DNA of 64,000 nt, from the IMG/VR virus record IMGVR_UViG_3300028800_000097, positions 733 through 64,732 of that record. One strand, 5' to 3'. Source of the DNA: a virus (lineage: Duplodnaviria; Caudoviricetes). The position numbers were made by a program, and so were the translations under genes. Shown here one piece after another: positions 8,032 to 17,498 of the stretch (position 1 is its first letter; each line of letters opens with the position of its first letter). The notes below the pieces were generated by a model, which was not told the DNA's origin, made no database searches, and saw only the letters and a list, made by a program, of their open reading frames with translations.

Positions 8032-9597
8032 GTGAACGACGATGCAGCAGTGGTTTCTTGGCAGGCGCTGAAGTCGGCGAACCAGGTCGCGGCCGAGGCT
8101 CGGGTCGCCGCTCTGCTGAAGGGCGAGGACGGTCCGGAGATGCCGGTGTCGGTCGGCGATGCGAACCCGGTCGACACCGAGTTCAAGCGTCGGCGGAACT
8201 CGGCCATCGATTTCCACAACCGCGCGCTGGAGATAGTCGGGCACGACAAGCAGACCGCGTATCGCCTGCTGTGCTCCTGCGTGACGGTCGACCCGGCGAT
8301 GGCCGGCGGCTGGTATATGCTGGGCAATGCCACGGCTGACCTGAATATGTTCGACGCCTCGGTGGCCTGCTTCCGCCGAGCGCTGGCGCTGGAGGACACG
8401 ACCGAGCCAGGCGGGATGAATCCAGAGCTACGGGCGAAGTGCTTGGTCAATCTGAGCCACCGCCTGACGAACGTGGGCGACAACGAGGAAGCGGGTCGCG
8501 TCAACGAACAGGCGATAGAGATGCTGGCGGCGAACCCTGAACTTGACTGGGAGGGCCGCGCATTCGCCTACACCAACATGAGCCAGATCCTGTCGGTGCT
8601 GGATTTCGGCGAGGCGGCTATCGCGTTCGCCGAGAAGGGGTGGGCGCTGAACCAGTCCCCGATCATAGAACTCGGACTGGCCTTCGCGTTGATGTTCCAC
8701 GGCGATCTGGCCGAAGGTCTGAAGCATTTCGAGAGCCGGTTCGGGTATCGCTTACAATCGTACCTCGAATATCCCTACGACCGGTGGGACGGAAAGACGG
8801 ACCACAACAAGACGCTGTTCGTGGTGTCGGAGCAGGGACTGGGCGACACGATCTCATTCGCGCGCTTCCTCGGCATGGTGGGGGCGCGCTGCAAGAAGGT
8901 TATATTCCAGGTCCACCCCGAACTTCACCGGCTGATGTCGGCTTCGTTGAAGCACTGGGGCAACGTCGAGTGCGTCCCGCTCTCCACGCAGTTCCCGGTG
9001 GCTGATGCGTGGTGCTCGGTGATGAGCCTCCCGGTGGCGATGGGCCTGACGACGGAGCAGATCACCAACATCAGGCAGGGTTGGACGCCGCGGTATGAGA
9101 AGCGTCCGGCTCCCGAGTGGAAGTATCCGGGCCCGGAGATGCACGTCGGCATCGCGTGGGCCGGCTCCGCGGCGAACGGCATCGACAAATGGCGATCGGT
9201 GCCGATGGCGATGTTCCTCGAACTGGCGAAGGTCGCCGGCGTCCGTCTTTACTCGCTCCAGGTCGGCGAGCGCGTGCAGGATATGCACGAGGTGGGTGCC
9301 GCCGCACTCGTGCGCGATCTCTATCCGTATATCAGGGACGTCGCCGACACCTGCGCGATCCTCGACGAACTGGACATGGTGATCAGCGTCGAGAGCTTCC
9401 TTGGTCACCTCTGCGGCGCGATGGGCAAGGAGTGCTGGTTGCTGGCGTCGCAGCGCGGCGGCGACTGGCGGCTGGGGCGATCGCGCGAGAAATCGCTGTG
9501 GTACGACAATCACCGTCTATTCCGGCAGGGGTCGGACGGCGAGTGGGCGCCGGTGTTCAAGCGGCTGGTGGAGGCATTGGATGTCCGTGCAGTCTGA
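8032..9597 (+). CDS. TPR-repeat glycosyltransferase (GT-B, GT9-like C-terminal domain)
   Basis: TPR-like helices followed by EQGLGDTISFARF, VGIAWAGS, YSLQVG, DTCAILDELDMVISVES, DWRL...WY...RLFRQ; GAGGAG SD before GTG (alternative start 8005). Confidence 0.85.
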   Translation: MNDDAAVVSWQALKSANQVAAEARVAALLKGEDGPEMPVSVGDANPVDTEFKRRRNSAIDFHNRALEIVGHDKQTAYRLLCSCVTVDPAMAGGWYMLGNATADLNMFDASVACFRRALALEDTTEPGGMNPELRAKCLVNLSHRLTNVGDNEEAGRVNEQAIEMLAANPELDWEGRAFAYTNMSQILSVLDFGEAAIAFAEKGWALNQSPIIELGLAFALMFHGDLAEGLKHFESRFGYRLQSYLEYPYDRWDGKTDHNKTLFVVSEQGLGDTISFARFLGMVGARCKKVIFQVHPELHRLMSASLKHWGNVECVPLSTQFPVADAWCSVMSLPVAMGLTTEQITNIRQGWTPRYEKRPAPEWKYPGPEMHVGIAWAGSAANGIDKWRSVPMAMFLELAKVAGVRLYSLQVGERVQDMHEVGAAALVRDLYPYIRDVADTCAILDELDMVISVESFLGHLCGAMGKECWLLASQRGGDWRLGRSREKSLWYDNHRLFRQGSDGEWAPVFKRLVEALDVRAV

Positions 9598-9775
9598 TAC
9601 CGATCCGCCGCGGCAGGTGTGGATTCAGTCCGAACCGGAATTGTCCCTCGATCAGACATATCGTCTCGTGGTCATAGCGCACAAGACCAGCGACCCCAAG
9701 GTGCGCGCCGCCGCCTTGTGGCTCATCGACCACGCGATGCACCCCCTGCGTATGGTGGCTCCCGATGAACGATGA
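9581..9775 (+). CDS. hypothetical protein
   Basis: GGAGG SD; overlapping operon arrangement. Confidence 0.5.
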   Translation: MSVQSDTDPPRQVWIQSEPELSLDQTYRLVVIAHKTSDPKVRAAALWLIDHAMHPLRMVAPDER

Positions 9776-10130
9776 GGATCTTGAACTGAGCGTCCTGGAT
9801 ATATGCAGCCAGGGCGGATACATCGCGCCGATCGGGGCGTGGAAGGACACCGTTGAGCGTCTCCATGCCCAAGGCCTGCTGGAGAAGCTCGACGCGATGA
9901 ACTACATCATCACGCCGGCCGGCTCCGCCGAGTTCGAGAAGCGGGAGAACGCCGAGGTGATGGGCGTGTTCCGCGAGCAGCAGGCGTTGGCCAGGCCGGT
10001 GATCGAAGGTGAGGTCATCCCTCCAGTGCCGCCGAGCAATATCCAGCAGCAACTGTCCGAGGTGACGCGGCGCGCGTTCCCCAGACAGGAGCCATTCATC
10101 GAGGGGGAGGCGGAGGATGTCACTGAGTGA
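9765..10130 (+). CDS. hypothetical protein (winged-helix-like)
   Basis: 121-aa ORF; YIITPAG wing-like motif. Confidence 0.6.
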   Translation: MNDEDLELSVLDICSQGGYIAPIGAWKDTVERLHAQGLLEKLDAMNYIITPAGSAEFEKRENAEVMGVFREQQALARPVIEGEVIPPVPPSNIQQQLSEVTRRAFPRQEPFIEGEAEDVTE

Positions 10131-10464
10131 ATCACTGCGCGGCACGATACCCAGCCTAGACGACACGATGTTCTTCCAGAAGCACCGCGACCGACACGCG
10201 CGCATCCGGATGCCGTTCGGCAATGAGGCGGAGGCTGACTATCGTCAGTTGGGTTACCACGACCCGTCCCGCCGTCGGATGTTGGTCTGGAAGGTTCCGC
10301 CTGACGGGCCGATGCCAGGCAGGATCATCCCGATCCCTATCATCACGGCGTTTGACGAGACGATCGAGGACGACGACGCGATCCTGCTGCCGATGCTGGC
10401 GGAGATCATGAACGATGCGGCGAAGGATCTCGGGATCGAGCCGCCACAGGTCGGGAGGGGATGA
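10117..10464 (+). CDS. hypothetical protein
   Basis: ORF with SD and phage-like codon usage. Confidence 0.6.
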   Translation: MSLSESLRGTIPSLDDTMFFQKHRDRHARIRMPFGNEAEADYRQLGYHDPSRRRMLVWKVPPDGPMPGRIIPIPIITAFDETIEDDDAILLPMLAEIMNDAAKDLGIEPPQVGRG

Positions 10465-10682
10465 TGCCGCCGGTGATGCGCGACGTGTATTCGAGCCACG
10501 TCAACAAGATCGGCCACGACCCGGACACCAACGAGCTCCATGTGACCTGGGACAACGGGAAGACATCGGTGTATTCCGACGTCCCCGCCGCCAAGGCCGA
10601 CGACGTGATGAACTCGTGGTCGGTCGGGAAGGCGATCCACTCGCAGATCAAGGGCGCGCACGATCATAGGTATCTGAAGTGA
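10461..10682 (+). CDS. KTSC domain protein
   Basis: VYSSHVNKIGHD...ELHVTWDNG...YSDVP...SVGKAIHSQIK matches the KTSC pattern. Confidence 0.85.
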   Translation: MMPPVMRDVYSSHVNKIGHDPDTNELHVTWDNGKTSVYSDVPAAKADDVMNSWSVGKAIHSQIKGAHDHRYLK

Positions 10683-11377
10683 GCGAGCCGCGCGTCATGA
10701 TATTCGGCACGTCATACATCGACAGCCAGGAGCGCAAGTGGCTTGCCGAGCAGTGGCTTCGGGTGATGCGACTGGTCAATCCAGGCATTCCGATCGGCAT
10801 CGTCGACACGCCGGGGCCTGTCGAATGGCAGCCAATGGGCAAGGACGACAGCCTGTATGATTGGCATTTCACGTACCCCGACAACATTGGGCACCTGACA
10901 AAGACCGGTCGGGACGGATGGGGAAGGGCGTTCTCGTGCGGAATCGATCAAGCTATCGACCAGGGCTACGACTACGCGGTCCACATCGAGTGCGATCTAC
11001 TGTTCGCTAAGCCGGTGATGCCCATCATAAAGAGGATGCTGCTGAACAACATCAAGGCGGTCTCCACTGCGGCCATGCCGCACCGTATGATCGAGACCGG
11101 CCTGTTGTTCCTCGACCTCGAATACGCCCATGAATCGCGGTTGGTCGAGCGATACGACTGGCAGACCTCATCGCTGATCGAATTGCCCGAGCGCAGGATG
11201 GAAAAGCTGCTTGGCGACGATCTGTACCTGATGCCGTGGTGGGGTTTCCGCGACGATGACAAAGTGCTGCAACCAGCTACGATGACGTCGCACTTCCCGG
11301 CCGGCATGGATTGGCTCACGCACGCGTCCGTGCCCTGCTACAAGCGGTTCATGGACATTAACGGAATGCTTGGATAA
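10679..11377 (+). CDS. putative GT-A-like glycosyltransferase
   Basis: IGIVDT, NIGH...GWGRAF, YDYAVHIECDLLF (ExD/DxD-like). Confidence 0.6.
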   Translation: MSEPRVMIFGTSYIDSQERKWLAEQWLRVMRLVNPGIPIGIVDTPGPVEWQPMGKDDSLYDWHFTYPDNIGHLTKTGRDGWGRAFSCGIDQAIDQGYDYAVHIECDLLFAKPVMPIIKRMLLNNIKAVSTAAMPHRMIETGLLFLDLEYAHESRLVERYDWQTSSLIELPERRMEKLLGDDLYLMPWWGFRDDDKVLQPATMTSHFPAGMDWLTHASVPCYKRFMDINGMLG

Positions 11378-11403
11378 CCCCTCTCAGCACAGGAGTAACG
11401 ACT

Positions 11404-11628
11404 ATGCCGATGCACTCTTCCGTATTCGGGCACCTCAAGCCCACCGACAACCAACTCCAGGTTATGGCGAACGTGCGCGCGGAGTTTCGCCTGTTCGTTG
11501 AAAGCCTAGACTATTCGATTCCTGACGGTCCCGACAAGACGTACCTGATGCGTCAGCTACGCGACTGTGCGATGTGGGCCAACGTAGCAATCACACGGCT
11601 GACTGACGGCTTTCCGAGGAAACAGTGA
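11404..11628 (+). CDS. Acb2/Tad1-like helical-hairpin protein (candidate nucleotide-signal sponge)
   Basis: F.HLKPT..Q...VR...IPDGPDKTY...L.DCAMWANVAITR; AGGAG SD. Confidence 0.65.
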   Translation: MPMHSSVFGHLKPTDNQLQVMANVRAEFRLFVESLDYSIPDGPDKTYLMRQLRDCAMWANVAITRLTDGFPRKQ

Positions 11629-11897
11629 GCGATCAGCCGATTCAGGAAACACTCCCGACCCGCGCCGCCCGCCTGTTTCGCGAGATGGCACAGGCCGTTG
11701 ACACCAACAGCGCCGCATTCTCAGGCGCGTTCGTCATCGTCGGCCCTGATGGTCAGGTCAAGAAGATGCTCCTGGTCAACGATGAGCCTGAAGCGGCCAT
11801 GTTCTGGTCGAACGCCGAGATGATGTGCAAGATGGCCATCGCCGAGACCGAGCAGAACCGCCCCATGAACCCGTCGCAGCGCCCTCCGGGGTGGTAA
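11625..11897 (+). CDS. hypothetical protein
   Basis: GTGA-coupled ORF directly before terL. Confidence 0.6.
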   Translation: MSDQPIQETLPTRAARLFREMAQAVDTNSAAFSGAFVIVGPDGQVKKMLLVNDEPEAAMFWSNAEMMCKMAIAETEQNRPMNPSQRPPGW

Positions 11898-11898
11898 A

Positions 11899-13815
11899 AT
11901 GGCTTCGATAAATCACGATGCCTGGACTCAGGAGCGGGCTGACGCGGTGAAGGCCGCGTTCTACGACTATCTGGACCACGTTTGGGTCAATTCCAAGGAA
12001 AAGGGCTGGATCATCCTCGGCCAAAACCTTTACGGCGCCCAGGAGCGGGTGATCGAGGAGATTTTCGACGCTCTGGCCAACGGCATCCACGACATAAAGA
12101 TCCTGAAATCCCGCCAGTTGGGCGTTTCGACCATTATTCGCGCCCTGATGTTGTTCTGGGCTGGTGTTTTCGACGGGTTGACCGGCTCGCTGGTCTTCGA
12201 CACGAGTCAGCATCTGGACGAAGCCCGCCACGAGATGGTCAACATGCTAGAAAGGCTACCAGAAGACTTTGAATTTCCGCGTGAGAAGTCAAACAACAGG
12301 TATTCCCTGCAAATAGACAATCAAAGCAGAATAAACTTGTCATCAGCCGGAGTAAAAGAGAGTAAATCTTCCGGCACACTCGGTCGCGGCTCGGCAGTGT
12401 CGCTCGTTCACCGCTCGGAACTCTGTTCGTACGCGAATGTGGCCGGTTTGGAGGCGTTTCGAGCCTCAATGGCTCGCACGAACCCCAATCGGCTGTTCGT
12501 CGATGAGTCGACAGCCCGTGGCTTCAACATCTGGCACGAGATATGGACGGCGGCGCTGAAGGATCACCATTGCCGGTGCATTTTCGTCGGTTGGTGGGCG
12601 CATCCGGACCAAGTTATCCCTCGCGATGACCCGGATTTCGAGAAATACGGCATATTCCCGCCGTCGAAGGACGAACTGATCAAGATCGAGGCGGTGAAGC
12701 TCCAATACGGGGTGATCATCACGCCTGAGCAGCTCGCGTGGATACGGCGCGAGATGGATCCGACTGCCGAGATGGAAGGCGACGCCGACGTGGTGTTCGA
12801 GGGCGACGCTCTGCGAAAACAGGAGCAGCCGTGGACCGCGGAAGAGGCATTCCAGCAAACCGGGTCGGTATTCTTCCAGGCCGAGACCCTTACTGACCAG
12901 TCGAACAAGTTCGCGTCCAACAAGTTCCAGACCTACGCGTTCACGCCAGGCCTGGAGTTCACCAACATGCGGGCGGTGAAGGCCGGCAACATGAAGTCGG
13001 TTGAACTGAAGGTCTGGGAGGAGCCGGTCGAGGACAGCTTCTACATCGTCTCGGCCGATGTGGCCTACGGGCACGATGAGAACAACGATCGGTCGGCTAT
13101 CCAGGTTCTGCGGTGCTTCTCGGACGGTCTCGATCAGGTCGCCGAGTATGCGTGGCCGCTGATCAACACGCGCCAGTTCGCTTGGGTGATCGCGGCGTTG
13201 GAAGGCTGGTATGCCGGCGACAAGTCCCAGGTGTTCCGCATCGTGGAGATCAACGGCCCGGGCGAGGCGACGTGGAACGAGTTGCAGAGCCTGAAACGCC
13301 AGATCGGCACTGGGTATTTCGGCAATCAGTTGGCCGAGCGTGGCTTGCAGAACATCCAGCGCAACGTCCGGAACTACATGTACACGCGGTCCGATTCAGC
13401 GCACCCCGGCCAGTCCATGATGTGGAAGTCGACCACCCAGTTGAAGGTCGCGATCATGGAGCGGCTTCGTGACTTTGCCTCGAACAACATCCTCCGGATC
13501 AGATCGCTGGAGACCATCGACGAGATGCGGACTGTGGCGCGCGAGGGTGACGCGATCAATGCGCAGGGCACGGCGAAGGACGATCGCGTGGTGTCGCTGG
13601 CGATGGGCGTTCGGTGCTGGGATGAGCGGGTGCGACGGCAGTTGCTGCAACTCAAGCGGACGCGCGAGGCTGACACGGCCCGCCGGCGGCTCGACATCAG
13701 GGATCAGGTGAAGATGTTCAACGACAACATGATCACGACGTTTCTCGGCAGCAAGAACGCGGTGCGCCGGGGAATGCTGTCCCAGAGCCGGCGTCAGGCA
13801 TGGAGGGGTAGATGA
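11899..13815 (+). CDS. terL: terminase large subunit
   Basis: Walker A LKSRQLGVST, GRG, Walker B-like VHRSE, coupling motif ESTARG, nuclease SADVAYG and KDDRV. Confidence 0.93.
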   Translation: MASINHDAWTQERADAVKAAFYDYLDHVWVNSKEKGWIILGQNLYGAQERVIEEIFDALANGIHDIKILKSRQLGVSTIIRALMLFWAGVFDGLTGSLVFDTSQHLDEARHEMVNMLERLPEDFEFPREKSNNRYSLQIDNQSRINLSSAGVKESKSSGTLGRGSAVSLVHRSELCSYANVAGLEAFRASMARTNPNRLFVDESTARGFNIWHEIWTAALKDHHCRCIFVGWWAHPDQVIPRDDPDFEKYGIFPPSKDELIKIEAVKLQYGVIITPEQLAWIRREMDPTAEMEGDADVVFEGDALRKQEQPWTAEEAFQQTGSVFFQAETLTDQSNKFASNKFQTYAFTPGLEFTNMRAVKAGNMKSVELKVWEEPVEDSFYIVSADVAYGHDENNDRSAIQVLRCFSDGLDQVAEYAWPLINTRQFAWVIAALEGWYAGDKSQVFRIVEINGPGEATWNELQSLKRQIGTGYFGNQLAERGLQNIQRNVRNYMYTRSDSAHPGQSMMWKSTTQLKVAIMERLRDFASNNILRIRSLETIDEMRTVAREGDAINAQGTAKDDRVVSLAMGVRCWDERVRRQLLQLKRTREADTARRRLDIRDQVKMFNDNMITTFLGSKNAVRRGMLSQSRRQAWRGR

Positions 13816-13997
13816 ATAAGCTTTGGGTCGAGGACGAGCTGCCTGACGGGTGCTACGATGAGCACCAAGAGCGCGGCGACGCTTGGTCATCCACGGGCGG
13901 GGATGCGACGGTGCCTGACGTCCGCAACCCGATAGGCTTCATGCGGCGCAAGCCGATAGTTCGCGTGAGAGCATGGACAAGGCCGTATCAGCCATGA
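13812..13997 (+). CDS. small hypothetical protein
   Basis: GGAGG SD, coupled at both ends. Confidence 0.5.
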   Translation: MNKLWVEDELPDGCYDEHQERGDAWSSTGGDATVPDVRNPIGFMRRKPIVRVRAWTRPYQP

Positions 13998-14572
13998 TCC
14001 GACGCCGCTACCAGTGCCCCGAGTGCTCGTACGAGTTCAACTACGACCACCACCCGACGATCGACGCCGACCCGGCGCCTCGGTTCTGCGCCAAGTGCGG
14101 GTTCGACACCGAGGGGGACTACGACCCGGCTCTGGTGATGCCTCACATCGGCCGACCGATCAAAGGCATCGTCGACAACCAGCACCGGGCGATGGAGGAT
14201 GGCGCCGAGTTCCGCGCCGAGATGGCCCGCGAGGAGTTCGGCCTGGACCAGTCCGAGGCCAACGCGATGAAGCTGACCAACATGAAGGACAACCTTCGCG
14301 AAGGCGACACGGCCGACATGCCGGTGAGAAACGACGTGACCCAGATCATGGAAGCGGCGCCCCAAGGGATGTTCGGGTTTCAGCAGGCGGCCGGTCTCGG
14401 CTACAGCGCGTCGGTGTCTGACGGTCAGTACCCGAACGCCGGGGCGCGGGCGATGCAGGCCGTTCGAGCCCAGCACGGCCAACGGGTGGCGGCGACCGGC
14501 CACGCCGCTCCGGTGGTGTCCAGCCTTCCAGGGTTGGAGACGCAGCAGCCGAGCTACCGAAAGAGGATCTGA
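13994..14572 (+). CDS. zinc-ribbon protein between terL and portal
   Basis: YQCPEC...FCAKCG. Confidence 0.7.
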   Translation: MIRRRYQCPECSYEFNYDHHPTIDADPAPRFCAKCGFDTEGDYDPALVMPHIGRPIKGIVDNQHRAMEDGAEFRAEMAREEFGLDQSEANAMKLTNMKDNLREGDTADMPVRNDVTQIMEAAPQGMFGFQQAAGLGYSASVSDGQYPNAGARAMQAVRAQHGQRVAATGHAAPVVSSLPGLETQQPSYRKRI

Positions 14573-14618
14573 ACTTTCCGCTTGACACGGCCACGCAAGC
14601 CGTCCGTGTGTACCAACC

Positions 14619-16400
14619 GTGTCAGAAACCATTCCCCGTTCCCGCGAAGGCGCCGCGACCCGTGGCATCGAGACCATGGTCGCGCTGCCCGACGACAACA
14701 AGGAACTGGTCAAGGCGGCGCTTCGGATCATCGAAGACTGCCGATCCGACCAGGGCAACCGGGCGGCGTACTACCGCCAGTTGAACGGGCTGGTCGAGAC
14801 CGGTCGGCAGGATCAGACCCGCAGCCTGATCAACCTCCTGTACTCGTTCATCGATCGGCTGGCGTCCCATCTGTGCTCGCCGACCGACGCGCGGTTCATG
14901 ATCGACTTCGAGAACCCCTATCCTCCCGAGATCGAGGCGCAGGGAATGCGCGCCGCTGAGATCCTGACCCGATCATTCGAGCGCACCAATACGGACATGC
15001 TGTTCTCCAAGGGTGTGTTCGAGGCGCTGAAGTATGGCTCCTGCTTCCTGAAGCAGTGGGTCACGCAGGAAGGTCCCGACCGGCTCCCGAACTTCCATTC
15101 ATCGCTGGTCATGCCTTGGCAATTCGGCGTCTACCGACCGGACGCGACCGACCTCGATTCGCAGCCCGCCATGTGCGAGACGATCAGCCTCACGCTCCCC
15201 GAGGTGTGGCGCCGTATCTGGATGATGCCGGACGCCAAGAAGCTGTTCGAGCGGATCAAGGCGAACGCCGGGTCAGGTGCCGGCGATGCCGAGTACAACA
15301 GCTTTTTCCATCAAGTGCTGTCCACATCGCAGATCAACACTGGCGTCCAGACCGCCCAGCGGCCGGTGCCAGGCGGCATCGTTCAACTCAACACCGACCC
15401 GAACTACGTGGCGATCGGCCCGCAGGTCTCGGCGCCGATGGTTCGCATGCACGAACTGTGGATGTGGGACCGGTTCGACTACACGACGATCCAGATCATC
15501 GAACCTGACATCCTGATCGCGCCGCGGTTCAAGCGGTCCAACCTGCTGATCCAGGGCGATTCGCACGAGGGGCTGCAGCCTTACACCCGCATCTGCGCCA
15601 ACGACATCCACGGCTACATTTGGGGGCGATCCGAGATCGTTGACCTGATCGGGCCGCAGAACTGGCTGTCTACCACCGCGATGGACATCCAGCGCATGCT
15701 GGGCTTGCAGATCGACAAGGTGCTGGCGTTCACCGGCGATGGCGTGCAGGACGAGATGTACGACCAGTTCCGAGCGGCCGGCTACCTGAACCTCGGGCAA
15801 GGCGGCGGCGTCCAGGATCTGACCCCGAAGTTCCCCCAGGAAGCCATCCAGATGATGGACAAGATCATCCAGTGGATGGAGATGATTTCGGGGTTCGACA
15901 ACATCCTGTCCGGCCGGGGCGAATCGGGTGTGCGGTCAGGCGAACAGACCAACACCCTGCTGAAGACGGCCGGCCCGCGGCTGAAGGACCGATCGCTCCT
16001 GGTCGAGCGCCAGTATGCCGCCGCCGGCGATCTTCGGTTCAAGGTCATGCAGGCCAAGGACGGCCGCGCCTACTGGACCGACCCGCAGAAGATGGAGGAG
16101 TCGAGCTTCTTCCTCGACGATCTTCCCGACGACGCGCGCGTTCACGTAGATGCCCACTCCACGTCGCCGATCTTCGCCGACGACCACCAGAACCTGATCA
16201 TGAAGGGGCTTCAGACTGGTCTGGTCGATCCGGTGTCGGCGATCGAATCGCTTCCGTTCAACAACCGCGACGTGCTGTTGGCCCGCCATAAGCAGGCCGA
16301 GCAGGCGAAGGCGAAGCAGTTGGAAGAGCTTAAGAAGACCGACCCGGAGGCTTACGCCAAGGTAATCGAGCACCAGTCGTCAGGTGGTCGGAAGCGCTAA
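14619..16400 (+). CDS. portal protein
   Basis: 593 aa, directly after terL; YIWGRSEIVDL, ISGFDNILSGRGESGVRS typical of podovirus portals. Confidence 0.85.
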   Translation: MSETIPRSREGAATRGIETMVALPDDNKELVKAALRIIEDCRSDQGNRAAYYRQLNGLVETGRQDQTRSLINLLYSFIDRLASHLCSPTDARFMIDFENPYPPEIEAQGMRAAEILTRSFERTNTDMLFSKGVFEALKYGSCFLKQWVTQEGPDRLPNFHSSLVMPWQFGVYRPDATDLDSQPAMCETISLTLPEVWRRIWMMPDAKKLFERIKANAGSGAGDAEYNSFFHQVLSTSQINTGVQTAQRPVPGGIVQLNTDPNYVAIGPQVSAPMVRMHELWMWDRFDYTTIQIIEPDILIAPRFKRSNLLIQGDSHEGLQPYTRICANDIHGYIWGRSEIVDLIGPQNWLSTTAMDIQRMLGLQIDKVLAFTGDGVQDEMYDQFRAAGYLNLGQGGGVQDLTPKFPQEAIQMMDKIIQWMEMISGFDNILSGRGESGVRSGEQTNTLLKTAGPRLKDRSLLVERQYAAAGDLRFKVMQAKDGRAYWTDPQKMEESSFFLDDLPDDARVHVDAHSTSPIFADDHQNLIMKGLQTGLVDPVSAIESLPFNNRDVLLARHKQAEQAKAKQLEELKKTDPEAYAKVIEHQSSGGRKR

Positions 16401-16603
16401 AATCCCCGGGCCTTCTCGTTTAACGCAGAGACGCCCCAATCGCGGACGATTTCGATCAGTGTCTCCAAGGTCTCCGCCACACATAGCGGCGTCTCCATTC
16501 CGGCGCTCGACAGACCGTTATCGGTCCTCACAAGCCAGCCGTTCTCGACGCGCATGATTGCAATAGTCTGCTGTTGCGGGCTCAGTGTGATCGGGTAATT
16601 CAT
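16397..16603 (-). CDS. hypothetical protein (RVENGWLV motif)
   Basis: GGGAGAG SD; convergent with the portal gene. Confidence 0.55.
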   Translation of the reverse strand: MNYPITLSPQQQTIAIMRVENGWLVRTDNGLSSAGMETPLCVAETLETLIEIVRDWGVSALNEKARGF

Positions 16604-16797
16604 GACGCTCTCCCTTTGCAACTCTCAATGAACGCGTCGATGTCGGACTGCTTGTAGAGAATCATTCCACCGATCCGATACCAAGCAGGCCCTTTGCTAC
16701 CCTGATACCGCCAGTCCTGTATGGCCTTCACCGAATGGCCGAGCACATTCGCCACCTCTTTTTCCCGCAGCCAGCCATCAGTGACCCGACCGGACAT
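16600..16797 (-). CDS. AlpA/excisionase-like HTH protein
   Basis: WLREKEVANVLGHSVKAIQDWR..GPAWYRIGGMILYKQSDIDAFIE; GGGAG SD. Confidence 0.85.
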   Translation of the reverse strand: MSGRVTDGWLREKEVANVLGHSVKAIQDWRYQGSKGPAWYRIGGMILYKQSDIDAFIESCKGRAS

Positions 16798-16978
16798 TCC
16801 AATACTCCCGTCAACGCGCGGGGATAATCCATACGGCTCAGGCACTTGCGGCGCAACGATAAAAACCTCCACCAAATGTATCGCTCAGGCAATCTGCCTC
16901 CCTGCGGTTCTCGGACCCTTGGCGGCGGAGTTAACGAGGCCCGCTTGAGTTCGTTTCAACACGCAATGGAGGCGTAAA

Positions 16979-17023
16979 ATGGACGTTCGCTATCGCCGGG
17001 GCCGCAAGTCCCGCCGGCACTGA
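16979..17023 (+). CDS. 14-aa Arg-rich micropeptide MDVRYRRGRKSRRH
   Basis: GGAGG at 16968-72, ATG 16979, TGA 17021-23. Confidence 0.55.
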   Translation: MDVRYRRGRKSRRH

Positions 17024-17036
17024 CCCCTTGGGTCTA

Positions 17037-17483
17037 ATGCCACAAGCTGCACCGCCGGGGTCTCCCCCTGGCGGTGCTCCTCCCTCCCCTGGTGGGGCGG
17101 CGGGACCGGGTACTCCGCCTATGGGTTCCTCCCCGGTCACGTCGCCCACCCAGAATCTCGGCGCAGCAGCCGCCGGGATGCAAGCCGCATCAGCACTGGT
17201 CAACGCGATGGCGATGCTGATCCCCAAGGTTGGAGCGCAGACCCCGCTTGGTCAGGCGTTCGCCAAAGCGATCACCGACATCGGCAAGCACCTACCGCCA
17301 GGTTCCGGATCGCCTCAGGGCGAATCCAACTTCATCAAGCAGATGGCGATGCGCCAGCAGCAGATGGGGCCGCAGCGCGCCGCGATGGCGCAGCAAGGCG
17401 CCGCCCCAGGCCCGGCCATCGCTCCACCTCCTCCAGGAGCAGGACCAGGTGGCCCACCCCCCGGTGCCGGTGGCCCGGGTTAG
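17037..17483 (+). CDS. Pro/Gly/Gln-rich head-assembly-region protein
   Basis: low-complexity ORF between portal and scaffold. Confidence 0.7.
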   Translation: MPQAAPPGSPPGGAPPSPGGAAGPGTPPMGSSPVTSPTQNLGAAAAGMQAASALVNAMAMLIPKVGAQTPLGQAFAKAITDIGKHLPPGSGSPQGESNFIKQMAMRQQQMGPQRAAMAQQGAAPGPAIAPPPPGAGPGGPPPGAGGPG

Positions 17484-17498
17484 CAAGGAGTACGTGTC

